Positions 1 through 14,790 of a stretch of 64,000 nt of DNA are shown piece after piece. The DNA lies in the NCBI GenBank assembly GCA_039096225.1, contig JBBPEB010000014.1, positions 124,001-188,000 on the forward strand, written 5' to 3'. The position numbers and the translations under genes are program-made. Within the stretch, counting starts at the first letter, position 1. Each line of letters begins with the position of its first letter. A model generated the notes under the pieces. The model was not told the origin of the DNA and did not search any database. It saw only the letters and a program-made list of their open reading frames with translations. Origin of the DNA: Blastocystis sp. Blastoise (taxonomy: Eukaryota > Protista > Bigyra: Opalinata).

Positions 1-397
1 ATATATATATATATACAACATTATATAATATTATTAATTATATCGATGGTTGTATTTCTGTTGTGTTTATGTATTTTCATTATATATGTTTATATTTATT
101 CTTCTATATTATTGTGTTTTTTTATATGTCTATATGAATACTAGTCTCTGTAGAAACTACATATTCTAGTTTATTTAGTTAATCCACAATACTTGTTTTT
201 ATTTTCAAATTTCATTTTTACTTTTTATTTATATAAATATATAGATATATCTGTTGTTTCTCTATTTTTATATGATTCCAATTATTCATTCCTTTTTCTC
301 TTTTTATTTCTCCTATTTTTCTCTTTATTGTTTTGTTTTTGTTTTCTGTTATTATGTTCTTTTCTATTGTCTCTTCTTGTGTTCCTCTATTCATAAG

Positions 398-432
<35 letters not shown>

Positions 433-928
433 CATGCTTTAGGTGATATCTCTCTTGATTAGTATTGTTTTGTTATATATATATATATCATTTATTAATT
501 CTATTTATACTTAGATCCACCAATAACCAATAATAAATACTAATTTCTTTTTTAAATTATTATACAATATGATAGTTCCCTAAGTTTCTAAATGTCTAAT
601 ATATGTAAGAAGTGTAAGTATATTATTATATTATTCACATACAATATATATATATATATATTACAAAACAACATGTATAATTTAATAACAATATAGAGTA
701 TGCTTAAAAATAGAAAAATAATAGGGTTATGATGAAATAAGATAAGAATAATAAATACAGGAAATCACTTAAATTTTCACTGTATATAGAAAGACAAATA
801 TAGATAAACCAATAATATATATACATATATAAATATGCTTATACTTTTAAAAAAATCAATAAAAACAAAATATGATTATAATTTTAAATAATAAAATAAG
901 TCGATAAAATAAAAAAGAGAGAAGTGAA

Positions 929-971
<43 letters not shown>

Positions 972-988
972 CAGTAGGAACGCTATAA

Positions 989-1460
989 TTAAGGGAAGAA
1001 TCGACGTTTATATACACCAAACTCACAATTCTTACTGATGGCAGCTAAATAAATAATGTTCCGAACGGTTGGAACATAATTATTTAATGCTAAAACTACT
1101 TTTTCATCTTCAAAATTACCCGCCTATATATATATATATATATATATAATAATAATACTAATGAATAAAAGTATAGAAAAGTATAGTATATACTGGTGTT
1201 CCATATTTGACGACAGTTTCGATGGACGGGTCCCCGCGTCGCAAATCCTCTTCACGCACCAAATAATAGAAATCAGCAGGTCCCCCCGCGATTAATATGG
1301 GGATATAAACAATACCATTCTCATTATAAGCCTCACGAATCTTAACGATAATACTCCATTCACTACAACCTCCCTCTATATATATATATATATATATAGT
1401 TATATATATATATACCTTTCTTAGATGCACTATCACCACCATAATTTAATTCCTTATCTA

Positions 1461-1494
<34 letters not shown>

Positions 1495-1573
1495 TATATA
1501 TATATATATATATATACTAACAGGTTGAACTTCAGTTTTAGTCTGAATTAAAAGACGAGCTATATATATAAGA

Positions 1574-1615
<42 letters not shown>

Positions 1616-2598
1616 CAATTAATATCTTTCTTATTCAATCCTTTTGCTTCAGCTTTTTCTTCTGATTCAGAGTTATTAATAGTGAATTCAAATATTTGCG
1701 ATTTAGAGAATTCATCTGAGAAAGCGATATATAAATGATCATTGAATCCTTTCTGTACAAAGAAGGAAGTATATCCTGTTATTATATGAGATTTCTTAAG
1801 ATGTGTATTAGTGAACATTGAAGAAGCGGTCTCCTGAACAAACGATGTATACATATTTATATCTCTATTTGTATTTAAATATAAATATAAGAAGAAATAA
1901 TCATCAATAAAATCAGTTTGAGAAATAATACTAATAGATTGATCTATATATATATAATTAATAATTATATAAATTACATAAACATATATATTATTATTAT
2001 TATTATTATATAACGAATAACATATATATATATATAATATTTACCTCTTGAGATCGTTCGATTGACATGAACTGGTTCAGAAATACAATTATCTGATTCG
2101 GTGATGAATAACAATCCATTATGATGATCTGTAATTAAATTCATATCGAATTCCCATTCTTGAAAAGAAGTTAATTTAAAAAGTAAACGGCCTTTTGCAA
2201 TGATGTCTCCAGGATGAATAAAAGAAGTGAATGTCATATAAGGATATACATAAACTTTCGCTCTCTTGGCTTTATTTGATTTACCACTTATGATATTATC
2301 ATGAATCGAAACATCCATCGTATAGGTTGAACATTCTATATATAATGAAATTATGAATAATTCACTAAATAAGAGAATCACTTGTTGCGAATATATTAAT
2401 GAATAAAGATCTAAATCACATACTAGTTGCGTCTACAACATCACTATATGAAACAGCATTATCTATAAAGTTAATAGAATAGAACTCTAAGAATGTGCGT
2501 ATTATATACATACCACTAAATACAGATCTTAAGCAAATGAAATAAAATGTAATCAAACCACAAAAACCATAAAGTATCCAGGTTTTAGGTATATTCAT
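989..2598 (-). CDS. Multi-exon hypothetical type II membrane protein, paralog of 5601-7532 (5' end uncertain)
   Basis: Exons joined at GT-AG. N-terminal TM (WILYGFCGLITFYFICL). C-terminus GGPADFYYLV..GDPSI..YG..AGNFEDEKV..CEFGVYKRRFFP* aligns with the paralog's GGPVDVYYMV..GDPSI..YG..AGNFVDEKV..CEYGVFKRRFIA*. Confidence 0.7.
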
Positions 2599-3367
2599 GG
2601 TCTATAGATAGAATATACTCTAATTAAATATAATTGATTTATATACAGAGGATATTCGACTAATAAATCAAGTAAAATAATACGTTTAATTAATGAAAAC
2701 CAAAAAGGTGGCATTAATGCTGGTTTTCTTCATATAATCAGTACAAAATTATTTGTAGAACTTTTTTATGTTAAATACTTTTTCTTAGTCACAGTTTTTT
2801 GTATCTTTCATATAGATATATTCAAAATATATAATTTCTTATAAAAGTACTATTTCCTTATGTACATCATACGTATGAATACAAATTCACACTTTTTTGT
2901 AATTGTTCGATAGAAATATCATGTTATTCTACCCATAAATGTATGGGGTTTATTACATATGCAAATTGAGATGCCTGCATTCAAAGAAGTTTCAGAAAAC
3001 TAAAATAATCGACCAACGAATCAAATAGGTGTGTATAAAAAGAGAGTTTAAATATTTAAAAAAAAAACAAAATCATTAAAATATCTAAAGAGTATAAGAG
3101 AGAGAAGAAAAGAGAATGTGTTTTAGGAGATAAAGGAACATTTAAAAATATTTAGAAAAGGTTTTGAAGACACTTAGAAAAAAATGAAAATGTGTAATGA
3201 AAAAGTGCTTATAAAAAAAAAGATAATCAAAACGATTCGATGTCAAAAAAATAAAATAAAAAGTCAAAAAAAAAAAATAGAAATAAATGGAAGAAAACTA
3301 GTATATGTTTGTAAACGACAGTAGACTGGTAGTAGCTATGGCAATTGTATATAAAAGTAGATAATGA

Positions 3368-4904
3368 TTAGCAGCCACAGCACATGATTGTGAAAGATAG
3401 AATAGCAAAAGAGATGACAAAAAAAGGGTAGAAATAAAATGTGTCATATAACCATGAATAGAACTGTTGCTGACTTTTTGCAACGACACTCACACAATCC
3501 GTATAGATCTTCGTACAGAATTGGGTATCCTTTGCATATCCTAAATATCCGCAACAACTATTCTTCACTTCTAATGTATACCACTTGCTATAGTTCTCTT
3601 CAATCATATCATAAAAAATAGAATCGATAGAATTCCAATAAGCAGCTACTGAAGAAGACATCGAAGACCGATCGACAGCATACTACAGAAGATTATAATT
3701 AGTATGTTTTTATATTAATAAGAAGTATTTATTATATAGAATAATGATAAATATTAATATATATGCATATAATAAGTTAAGTAAACAATAATAAGCAATA
3801 AATTACAAGTGAATAATAAATTAATTATGAATAATCATAAATAGAACAATAATAATAAATATGTATAATTATAGAGATTATTCATGACATCAATATCAAG
3901 AATAAGAATAAGTATTTATTATATAACATTAAAAAATAATATACTATCAATATTATAATAAAAATATAGTATATAAAATAGGTGAATCTAATAATAAAAA
4001 TATTTCGTATAGTTACAACAATTCTACAACAAAATAAAAATTAAGATATATATATATATTTTTATATAAATGTAGACATTATACAATAAGAATATAGAGC
4101 ATACATAGGCTTGTAATTTGATTGTATTTTCGAGAACATCACGGAGATTCTGATGTTGATAAAGCATGATAAATACAAATAAATAGAGAATAAACCCATA
4201 TAGGCATTTTATTACCATTCCTCCTGTATAGGGTAATAATGACGCTAAACTGACCCAAATGCCCAACTCACAAGTATATAATGACATAGAGATTATATAC
4301 TCATGGTTTGAATTCGAATTGAATGAAGGAAATGTAGAATAAGGTATTTGATTGTATTTAGTAGCTATATACTGTTCAACTGAATAACGAACAGACACAG
4401 AATAAGAAAATAATAATAGCACTACACAAAATAATATAAAACTACTAAAGAATGCAGGATGATACTTAAATTTGAAAAAAACTAAAGTAAGTCCATCTTT
4501 ATCAAAAATATAATAAAAGAACTTGTTTTTTGGTTCTCGATTTCTATGATTCTCCCTATCAACTCCAGCTTCGAGTTGTTCTTGTCGCATTTCTGCTTGT
4601 TCAAACATTTCTCTCATAGATTGATGATCATTTGCGTGTTGAGTATTTTGTTCATTATTATTTTGATTATTTGAAGTATTTCTGTTCTCTTGATCTAAAG
4701 GACATTATTATATAAGAATAATGTATTTAAAAAAACATACTTGAAAGTTCATGACTTGATGAATCTGAGTCTATATAAAGAAAAATTAAATATTTACATT
4801 TGAATCAGTTTTTCTATGTTACCTGAAGGTGTAAATCCTCCAATGTATACTTCTGTTCCTGTAGATTGAATGTGTGATGGCCTTTCAACATATAATGTAG
4901 GCAT
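3368..4904 (-). CDS. Divergent tetraspanin-like multi-pass membrane protein
   Basis: Spliced ORF from MPTLYVERP; several TM segments; last exon has SCCGY..C....C loop then a TM and Cys-rich tail. Confidence 0.55.
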
Positions 4905-5600
4905 TCTTATATAGATTTAATTGTTGTGATTAGTATCAAATAATCTATATAATAAAATTATTCTTCTTTTCAAAGATATCAATAAAAAATAGTTATTTTT
5001 GAATAGAAGAACTAAGAATTGTCTGGAAAACAAACTGAATACATCTGAAAAATAGACGAAAACAAAAAAAAACTATTTATAAGGCGAAGAAACACTTTAT
5101 ATGTTGTCATATAGCTTCAATTAAATAATTATTTAAATAAAATAAAGAAACAAAATAACTTTATAGAATTATGAAAACATCATAAGAAGAATTTCAAAAA
5201 TAATAAAAAAAAAATAGAAGTGTTATACTGTATATATAAAGAAGAACAAATATAGAGAAATATAATTATTCTAATGAAAAGAATATGAATAATAAAATAT
5301 AAAGTTAAATAAATAGTATTAAAGATATATTAATATGTTTTTAAGATTCAAATAAATAAATATAGAAAATATATATAAAGTGAATAATAATGATTTATAT
5401 TTCAAAAAAAAAGTAAGGAAAAGAAAAACAAAGATATAATTAATTTATATCTACAAATGTAAAAACATTTTTAAAAACATTAAAAAATAATATACAAAAA
5501 AAAATAAGAATGATGAATAATAGTAATTTGAGAAATATATACATATATATAAAAAGGTAGAAGTGATTCTAAGAATAAGAATAAAGAATAATCCGATTGC

Positions 5601-6039
5601 TTATGCGATAAAACGTCGTTTGAATACTCCATATTCACATTTACCTTGAATAGCTCCTATATATATATAACTACGCACAGAAGGCACAAATTGAGTAATA
5701 ACTACTTCAACCTTTTCATCTACAAAGTTACCTGCCTTTTCACCATAAGTAGCAAGAGCTTGAATAGAAGGATCCCCAATTTTATCGTTTTCTGGCTTGA
5801 CCATATAATAGACATCGACGGGACCTCCAATAACCATGAATTTAATAACCAGCATCGTGGGGAATATATCGATTGAACGCACTTTAATATTAGTTAACCA
5901 TGGATCACAACCACCTTCTATATATATATATATAGATATATATAATGAAGAGTATATACCTGATTCTTTAGCCTTATAACCACCAGGATTCTCATTATAA
6001 TCTATATATATATTATTATTATGTTTATTATTATATTAT

Positions 6040-6077
<38 letters not shown>

Positions 6078-7532
6078 TATATAGATACCCACAGGACGAA
6101 TATGTTTAGTGACTTGAAGAAGATTCTTGACTATAGAATATATATATATACAAGCATATATAAATACCTCTATTTTTATAGATTTCTCGATCGGCCTTAT
6201 CAACGTCTTCCTTGGGTACAAGGAGTAGAGTTGCAATAGAGGCCATAGTATTATCATCCCCAATGGAATCCGCAGAAGTAGCAGTGGTCGTTGTAGCAGT
6301 CTGTTGAATAGAAAGAAGAGAAGCAGTAGCATCACCAGCTTTAGTTGAATAGCTCTTTGAATCTAATATATAAATATCAGATCGACAACCTAACTCAATA
6401 GCACCAATGTATATATTAAAAGACTGACTGAAATCAAGATTCGGTAAGATCTTCTTAAACATTTCTCCAGTAGTTGTTATTCCCACCATGTTTTCTTTAA
6501 CAAAGACTTCTTCTGCAGTAGCATGAGTACCCTCTTTCGTATCTTTAGGTACATAAATATAATACTCTACTTTACGAACAGCTTGAGCTTGGATCTCAAA
6601 TTGAATACCCGTAGGAGTAGCTACCAAATCATTATCTAACTTTAAATTACATTCTAAAGATATAGAATTATTATGTTTATTATGTTTATTATGTTTATTA
6701 TTATACTTATTATACTTATTATTATTATACTTATTATTATATAAAAAGCAATTAATTAAATGACAACAACTTATGTGAATAAATAATATAGAATAATAAT
6801 AATAGATTTATATACCTTCTGATAAAGGTAGATTAATAACAGAGACATCCGTTAAGCAACTACCAAACACACCGACAAAACTTAAGGCACCCGTAAAATG
6901 AGGAGTGTTTGTAGAATCATACTTCCACCAATCTCCTTTAACAAATTTATCATGATATCCTCCATGAGTATAAATAAATTGAGGAGTAGGTTTATTATTA
7001 GGATCATCAAGAGGATGAACATATAATAACATCTGATTTATATTCACACGACCATATATAATAGAACCATCAATCTTAGGAGATAAATCAACATAAGGAC
7101 AAGCTAAATAATAATAAGCATAATAATAATAAATAGAAAAAATAGAATCTTTTTTAATAATTCTAATAAAAGCATACCATTGGGTTCAGCAATTTTGTCT
7201 TGAACTATATTTAGAAGAAAATAGATTTAATAATATATGTATTTAAAATAATAATAGTAAGCAATACAAAACATACGTTCTATATTAGTACGAGGTGCTC
7301 CAGAAAACAATACAATGAATACTAATACAACAAGTAAGGCTCCAGAAGCAATAATGGCTTGTTGTGTAGCTTTAGTTTGATTGTGAAATTTATCAAGCAA
7401 CAAATTCTTATAGTATACACCCTTCTCCTTATAGATTCTAAACTTCTTCATACATTTTTCTGAAAAAGTTGGTTGAGGTCCAGATACCTTAATAGTAGGT
7501 GCCTCTATTGATTCAGCATCTTCGTTAATCAT
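5601..7532 (-). CDS. Multi-exon hypothetical type II membrane protein with repeated beta-rich modules, paralog of 989-2598
   Basis: ATG 7532 (MINEDAES), single TM (AIIASGALLVVLVFIVLF), modules ending in YIGAI/FVGV..GC/SC, GT-AG introns. Confidence 0.75.
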
Positions 7533-7722
7533 AATCTTTCGAATATACCAAAAAAAAAAAGAATACTTTCGTTTTAAAGGATAAGTTGTGTTATTGCCAT
7601 TCATCTGCGGATAAAAGATAAACCACGGTAATTCTTTCAAGAATTAGATATTATTTAAGAAATCCTACGGTAATTTTCAACCGTGTTCTTTTAGATGAAA
7701 CTTATATTCTGTACAAAAATTT

Positions 7723-7818
7723 GGGTAATCGTTTTTTCACCCACTTTTTTTCAAAATCGACGATTATCCGTGTTTATATTAAAATATATTGATGCAGAAA
7801 TTTTATTCCCGTTTTTGT
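7723..7818 (+). repeat. Left terminal inverted repeat
   Basis: GGGTAATCGTTTTTTCACCCACTTTTTTTCAAAATCGACGATTATCCGTG...CCCGTTTTTGT; reverse complement of 14791-14885. Confidence 0.95.
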
Positions 7819-8449
7819 ACGAGAGTTGTTGGGATCAACTTCTAGCCTTTTTTTTAGTCTCTTATATAGGGAGTATATACAAGCCTCTATAGAACAAATT
7901 GATAATATGCTTATTTTTTTATACACTGTTATTTTTAATGTAAAAATCATACTAATGAATGTGAAATGACTGCTATAAACATTTTTGTTAATAGAGTTTA
8001 TGGAAATAAGTGCATTGAAAGTTTTGATTACATGATTAAAAGATGATTACCTATTTAGATGGTGTGAGTCTGCCTAAAAGATCAATAGAGAATTATTAAA
8101 AGTATTTTTGTAAATATAGACTACTTCATTCACGAATTAGTTTCATGATCTCTATAAAGTCATAGTTTAAGTTATTTAACTAGTTAGAAAGATGTATATT
8201 ACATATTCAAGTATATTCTGAATGCGAAAGAGTGTTTTATAAATAAAAGCCAGCAATGAATTACATCATTCTGTAGACGGTTATATACTATAATTGATTA
8301 CTACTTTTGATCCCTATGAATGATGATAAAGATGAAACAAACAACATAATATATTATAACGACTTATTAAGAGAGATATAAGCGTTTTAGTTTATGATTG
8401 AAATATTTTTTTAAATACACGTATATATAGGGATGTCTATATAAAATAG

Positions 8450-10660
8450 TTATTTAAACATAATTGATATCGAATAAATGTGTATTTATATATTATATAA
8501 TATATGATATCATATATTCTATAAATAGATCAACAATATATATTATATGATATAAATAATAATAAGATAATAATCTATAATTCAATATGATTACTATATA
8601 GTATATGCTATATAATATATAATAGAAAGCAATCTATATATATTATATTCTATAATAGAATGTAGGTTTATAGTAAATTTTAATATATAATATACTATAG
8701 AAAAAGTGTTAAGGTATGTAAAAAGGATGAAAATAAATATTATATATATATATATAATACTTACATAGAATAGAATAAGCTGAACAATCCCATAGTAGTT
8801 TTTATCACTAATGATATATAACTATATAAATAATAATATAAAAGAAGCATATTCCAATCAAGATAAAGCTGCTATACAATATATTATAATTGATAATCAA
8901 TAACATATAATAGATGAAATAGAAAAAGTAATTAAATAGAATAGAAAGATTTAATAAAAAAGTACTATAAAACTTATAGTATTATATATAATAGAGTATA
9001 ATAAAGTATAATATAAGAGATAATATACTATAGAGTAAGAAGTAATATAAGAAAATACTATAAGATGTAATAGAATATAATATAGATTATAAAAGATATT
9101 ACAATAGAATATAAACGAAAATATTATTGATATTAGATAGTATAATAGGTAATATATAATATAATTAATGGATAATATATAATACTAACTATATATAATA
9201 TAATAAAAGATAGATAATATATATTATAATATATAATCTGAATTATAAAATATAATATACTAAATTATTTACTACAGAATATAATACAACATATAATAGT
9301 GTATTACATACTTAATAAGTTAGATCAAACAATATATAATACTATACTATACTATATCCTATAAAATAGAATAATATATATATAATGTTATAACTAATAA
9401 TATATAATATATACTACACCATATAATACATATATATATTAACTATATAATGTATAATACTATACCAATAATATAATAAATAATATTATATTGTACTAAC
9501 TATAGTCTATATAATATATAATACTCTCTAATATTACCTAACTATATAGAATACTAGACTATATAACATTATATATTATAATACAATATATATAATATAC
9601 AATACTAGACTATATAATACCATATACAATAATAAATATGTATTATAATATATATAATATATAATACTATATATCATAAAACACTAGATTAGTATAATAT
9701 AATATATAATGCTAACTATATAGTATAGTATAGTATAGTATAGTATATAGTACTATATTACATATACTATACTATACTATATAACATAATACTATATAAC
9801 ATAATACTATATAATACTGTATTATATACATATATAATAATACTATATACTATATAATAATGCCATATAATCCTATATAATAAATAATATACTACATATA
9901 TAATATAATGTACATAATACACCATATACTATATGATATATAAACTATATTTTAGTATCATGCCATACTATATTATTATATATACTATACTACCTTATAT
10001 AGTCATATAATATAATACTACATAATATAATGCTGTACTATAATATACTAGATGATACAATGCTATAAGATACTATACTAGTATATATATATATATATAT
10101 ATAATTATATATTGTATATTATATCATATATATCTATAATATATCTAATATAATATTATACTATACTTTATAATATACTGGTATATATTATATAGTATAT
10201 ACTACCGTACTATACTACAATATATAATATATACTATATGATATATAATACTGTATTCTATATACTGTATAATATATAATACACTACATATATTATATTA
10301 TATAATTTATATTATATTATATATACTATATACTATATTATATGATATATAATGCTCTTCAGTATAATGCTATACTATACTATATAATACAATGTTGTAT
10401 TATAGTATACAATATGATATAATATTATATTATACTATATAATATGTAATATATAATATAATATAATATATATATATATAATATAATATATATAATATAA
10501 TATATATAATATAATATAATATATATAATATAATATAATATATATAATATAATATATATAATATAATATAATATATATATATATAATATAATATATATAA
10601 TATAATATATATAATATATATAATATAATATATATATAATATAATAAAAAAACAATATAA
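8450..10660. repeat. Extremely AT-rich degenerate low-complexity tract (TATA/ACTAT/TATAA variants) inside the element
   Basis: No credible ORFs; degenerate ACTATA/TATAAT units; 10425-10650 almost pure A/T. Confidence 0.8.
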
Positions 10661-10679
10661 TAAACTAAAGATTTAAGCC

Positions 10680-13250
10680 AGGAATTGAACCTGTATATAC
10701 ATATATACATATATATATCTCCATCCGTTATGGAGCTTAAATATAATGAATAAGAGTACTAATAACTGAATAGAGAGTATAGGAAGAAGAATAGAAATAG
10801 TACTAGTAACACCATATACTGTACCAGAGCATAGATAATAGATGGAGAAACTAATGCCATAATCAAAGCTACTATATATAGTAAAATAGAATGATATGAA
10901 TATATAAACACATATCAAGATAAAGTATATACATATATATAAAGAAATTAATATAAAGGAAATATATATCAAAACATATACGTATACATAAAGAGCTATA
11001 GAGACAATAGATATATATATATACTAGTAATAATAAGTAATTAAATAATGTAAAAAAAGATAATAATACTATAAGCAATAGTGTTCATATATAAATAGAT
11101 ATAGAAACATAATATATAGAAGAATATAGGTATATATTCATATAAAACAGATATATATATATATAATCATGCATATACATAAAAAAAAAATTAATAACAA
11201 TAGAAAGATAAATATAAATCACACAAAACGATATAAATAGGAAACAAGATATAATACAAATATGAAGATAATGAATATAATATATACATAAACCAAAATA
11301 TGGTCCATATGACAAAGAGTAATCCAAGCCAATCAATAAGATTGAAGAGAGACACAAAGAGACAAAATCATGACTGAAGAGAAAGAAATTACTAAAAAAT
11401 AGAAACAATAATATATATATAAATCAACAAGAGGAAAACTTATTTGAAGATAATATAATAATAATAATAGACTAGAGAGTAAATAAAACGAATAGAAAGA
11501 TTTAAAAAAAAAGGAAAAACAGAATAAAAGATATATTAATAGTAATATATATATATATACAGAACACTAGTTAACCAATTTGAAGAGAACAGACAGAAAC
11601 ACAGCAAGCAAGCAGATTCAAAGAGAGAAAACAGCCTATATAATAGAATAATAATAAATAATATAATAATACAAAGAAACGAAAGAATAGCATATATAGA
11701 AAAACAACTAAAAGACCAGTAATACAATAAGAAAGATAATAATAGCAGATAAATGAAAGAAAACGATATAATAACGTAATAATAGAATGATATATATAAT
11801 ATATATACCTAGAAATAGAGCCATATAATCAATCTATAGGAAAAAGACCACAGAAAAAACACGAGAAAAGCCAGAAGAAAGGAATACCAGAGTGGAAGAG
11901 GCACAAGAAATACTAGATTAATAGAATAATAGATATAATAATAGATAAAAAGAAATAGATATAGCAATATATATATATATATATATATATACCTAAACAA
12001 CATAAACAATAAATCTGAAGGAAAATACCACCAATAGCATATATACAGAAAGCAAGGAATCACTATAATAGAATATATAGATAGAAATATAATATAATAA
12101 AGAAAGCAGAAGCTAAATATTAATAACAGTAAATATATACATATATATAAGAATAGAAGCAAACCAATAAGGAACCATTAAAGAACCAACAGCATGAAAA
12201 CAGCAATAATAAATGCAATAAACCTATATATAAATATATTTAAACTAAAAACAATATATTATATAGATTAATTAATATAAATGATATAAAGCAGTATAAT
12301 ATATAATAGAAACATGTAAATATAAACAAATATACGCACATAATAATAAAATTAAACATATATAAAGAAATAAATGCATAATATAATCAAAAAAAGACAT
12401 ATATAATAGATAAAGATAAATATAATAAAGAAAATTAAATTAAATATAATATATATATACATACCTAAAACACACAAGAAATTAATTAAATCTCTCTTCA
12501 ATAGCATCAGGAGACCATAAGCTGTTCAATGAGACCATTAGAGAACCATAGAAGCAAACAAGTGAGAAGAATGAAGAAGATCATCGTCTTGTCAATCATC
12601 TATACTATATATAAATAATATATATAAGAGAAATAAGTGATAATAAATATATTTAAGCACATATATATTAATATAAACGTAAATAAGAGATAAAAAACGA
12701 ATAAAAAGAAAAGAAAAATAAATAAATAAAAGCATACAGAAAGGCCTTCAAGAATAAAGGAGACATCATTTGAACACTATAGGCAAGTCATAAGGAACCA
12801 TACCTGTTAGAAGACCATTAATAAAAGAAGAAAAGAAGAACGTAGCCCATGATGAGTCAATTAACCCTTAGACTAGATAAAAAATGTAATAAAAACAATA
12901 TAAAATATATGTATATACCTCGTAACATATTCTCAACGCACGAGTACCAACAGGAAAGGATAAGAAACGGAGATGACCAATCAGGACAGTAGCAAGACTT
13001 TCTATATATACAAGTATAAGTAAATGGATAGTTAATATAGAATATATACCTTTCAGAACGTTTTGGCCAACCACGACAGGAATTGCGATTTTGACGATTG
13101 GAGCGACCAGAAGACATGAAAATGAACCAGCTACGAGATATAGAGTAGATAAATAGATAACATACAGAAATAGACCAAAAGGACGACTTCTTACAGGTAA
13201 GCAAGATAAATAAAATATGAGATTTGAAATCTGTTTTTGGTGGCAATGCA
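10680..13250 (-). other. Spliced cargo unit within the transposon (lncRNA, pseudogene or sORF transcript)
   Basis: GC-richer exon-like blocks bounded by minus-strand GT..AG (e.g. introns 13049-13002, 12918-12873, ~12737-12600); all frames hit stops after ~12870. Confidence 0.5.
12868..13117 (-). CDS. Putative 51-aa Arg/Cys/Trp-rich small ORF (3 exons)
   Basis: Exons 13117-13050, 13001-12919 and 12872-12868 give MSSGRSNRQNRNSCRGWPKRSERKSCYCPDWSSPFLILSCWYSCVENMLRV*. Confidence 0.3.
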
Positions 13251-14790
13251 GGATTAGGCCGCGTAAACGAGAATCATGTTTATTTAAAAGATCTCGTGAT
13301 TATCTTAATGAAATTCACGACTATGCGAAATTCATTTTTGATCATCTTCAGATAGTGTGTTGTTTTAAGTTTAGATGTGTTTTTGAGTATAAATAATGAC
13401 TTGAAATGAAAAATGATGTGGTGAAGTTGTTTTAATTAAACTTTTAATAGAATGAAAAATCACTGATCTGCCATAAAAGTCTCTGAAACAAAGATTTTGT
13501 TGTGATTTATGCTATAGTAGAGCATTTGAAAACAGAAAATGCAGTTAAACTCAGTTTAATACCACAGATTAAGACTTTTTTTAAATGACTCTTATTTATA
13601 GCTTATTATGCTATTTTTCACTTATTTAGAGCATTTTTGACTCGTAGAGATAGAAATTGAACTTTTATAAATGACGATTAATTCTAACAATTCCTGAAAA
13701 CTAGAATATAGAGCATACTGATCATACACACGACCTTTAAAGCATTATAATAGTCATAATCACTTATAATATACTCTTTAATAATAACAATGACTGCTAT
13801 AATTGCATTTCTTTATTGATTCACACTTTTATTAATTTATAGCTAAATATAACCTCATTATTGGATATTATATTAAATATTGCATAGATACGACCCGGAA
13901 AAAAATTTAGAAAAACTTTTTAAAAGACACATTTTGGCGATGCAAATTTTGAAAATTGTCAAAAAGCATATTTAAAAGTCTCTATGGATTCATTATAGAA
14001 TATAGATTATATATATATCATTTATAATGCATAAAAAACAATATAAGGGTATTAAATAACCTCTCGAAATTCATACAATTGTGTCTCATTTCGAACTTCG
14101 TTAAGAACTTTTACTATATTTTCCTCTAAACTTCTCTTTAATCTTTATATAGTATAATTAATAATATATTATTAATATAGAGTGTCTATTATATAAAAAT
14201 AACTCAAGATAAGTCGAAAATTCGACTAGTCATTTTACGATTATGGCGAAATTTCGGACTTTGAAGTGCTTTTCTGAGCTTATAGGGGTCCAGGAATGCT
14301 GCTATGGGGTCAAAACATGCAAAATGCAATTTAGTAGAAATTATTATTTTGAAAACCCAGAAGCCCCAGAAGCTCCTACGAAAAGCATTCGTTTTTTTCG
14401 TTTTTTTCTTTGCCAAAAATGTGAGTGGGGGCTTTACTCACAGAATGGCTATTTGACTATATATTCTTAATCTAGAGACTATAAGGATGTCAAATATGTA
14501 TATATTAATTGAATCAAAAATCATTTATAATTAGATTATTATAACATGTGCTAAAAACTTGATTTGACTGTTAATTATTATTATAGAGGTCATAAATATG
14601 GTTTATATACATTTATTACTAGTTTTCAATAGGTCTATAAAATCAGATGCTAATGGGGTCAATGAAAACTATTTTTGAACTTTCCTTTGGGAGTTTCTAT
14701 GTATATAACGGGTCATATATAAGTTTTTTAACAATATTTTCTTCTATACGTCAAGAACACACTTTTTCTTACAAACAGGCCGAAACCCTA

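Noticed and set aside
10425-12162. Many Y/I/L/F-rich ORFs in the ORF track
   Set aside because: Translations of (TA)n and T-rich low-complexity DNA with no protein-like signal.
12480-12870. Stop-codon reassignment or selenocysteine to rescue the cargo ORF
   Set aside because: TAA, TAG and TGA occur mixed in all frames, and conserved genes in the window use the standard code.
13890-14715. Possible nested element bounded by GACCCG/CGGGTC and short inverted TTTTGGC motifs
   Set aside because: Matches of only 6-12 bp with no TSD; at most subterminal motifs of the larger element.
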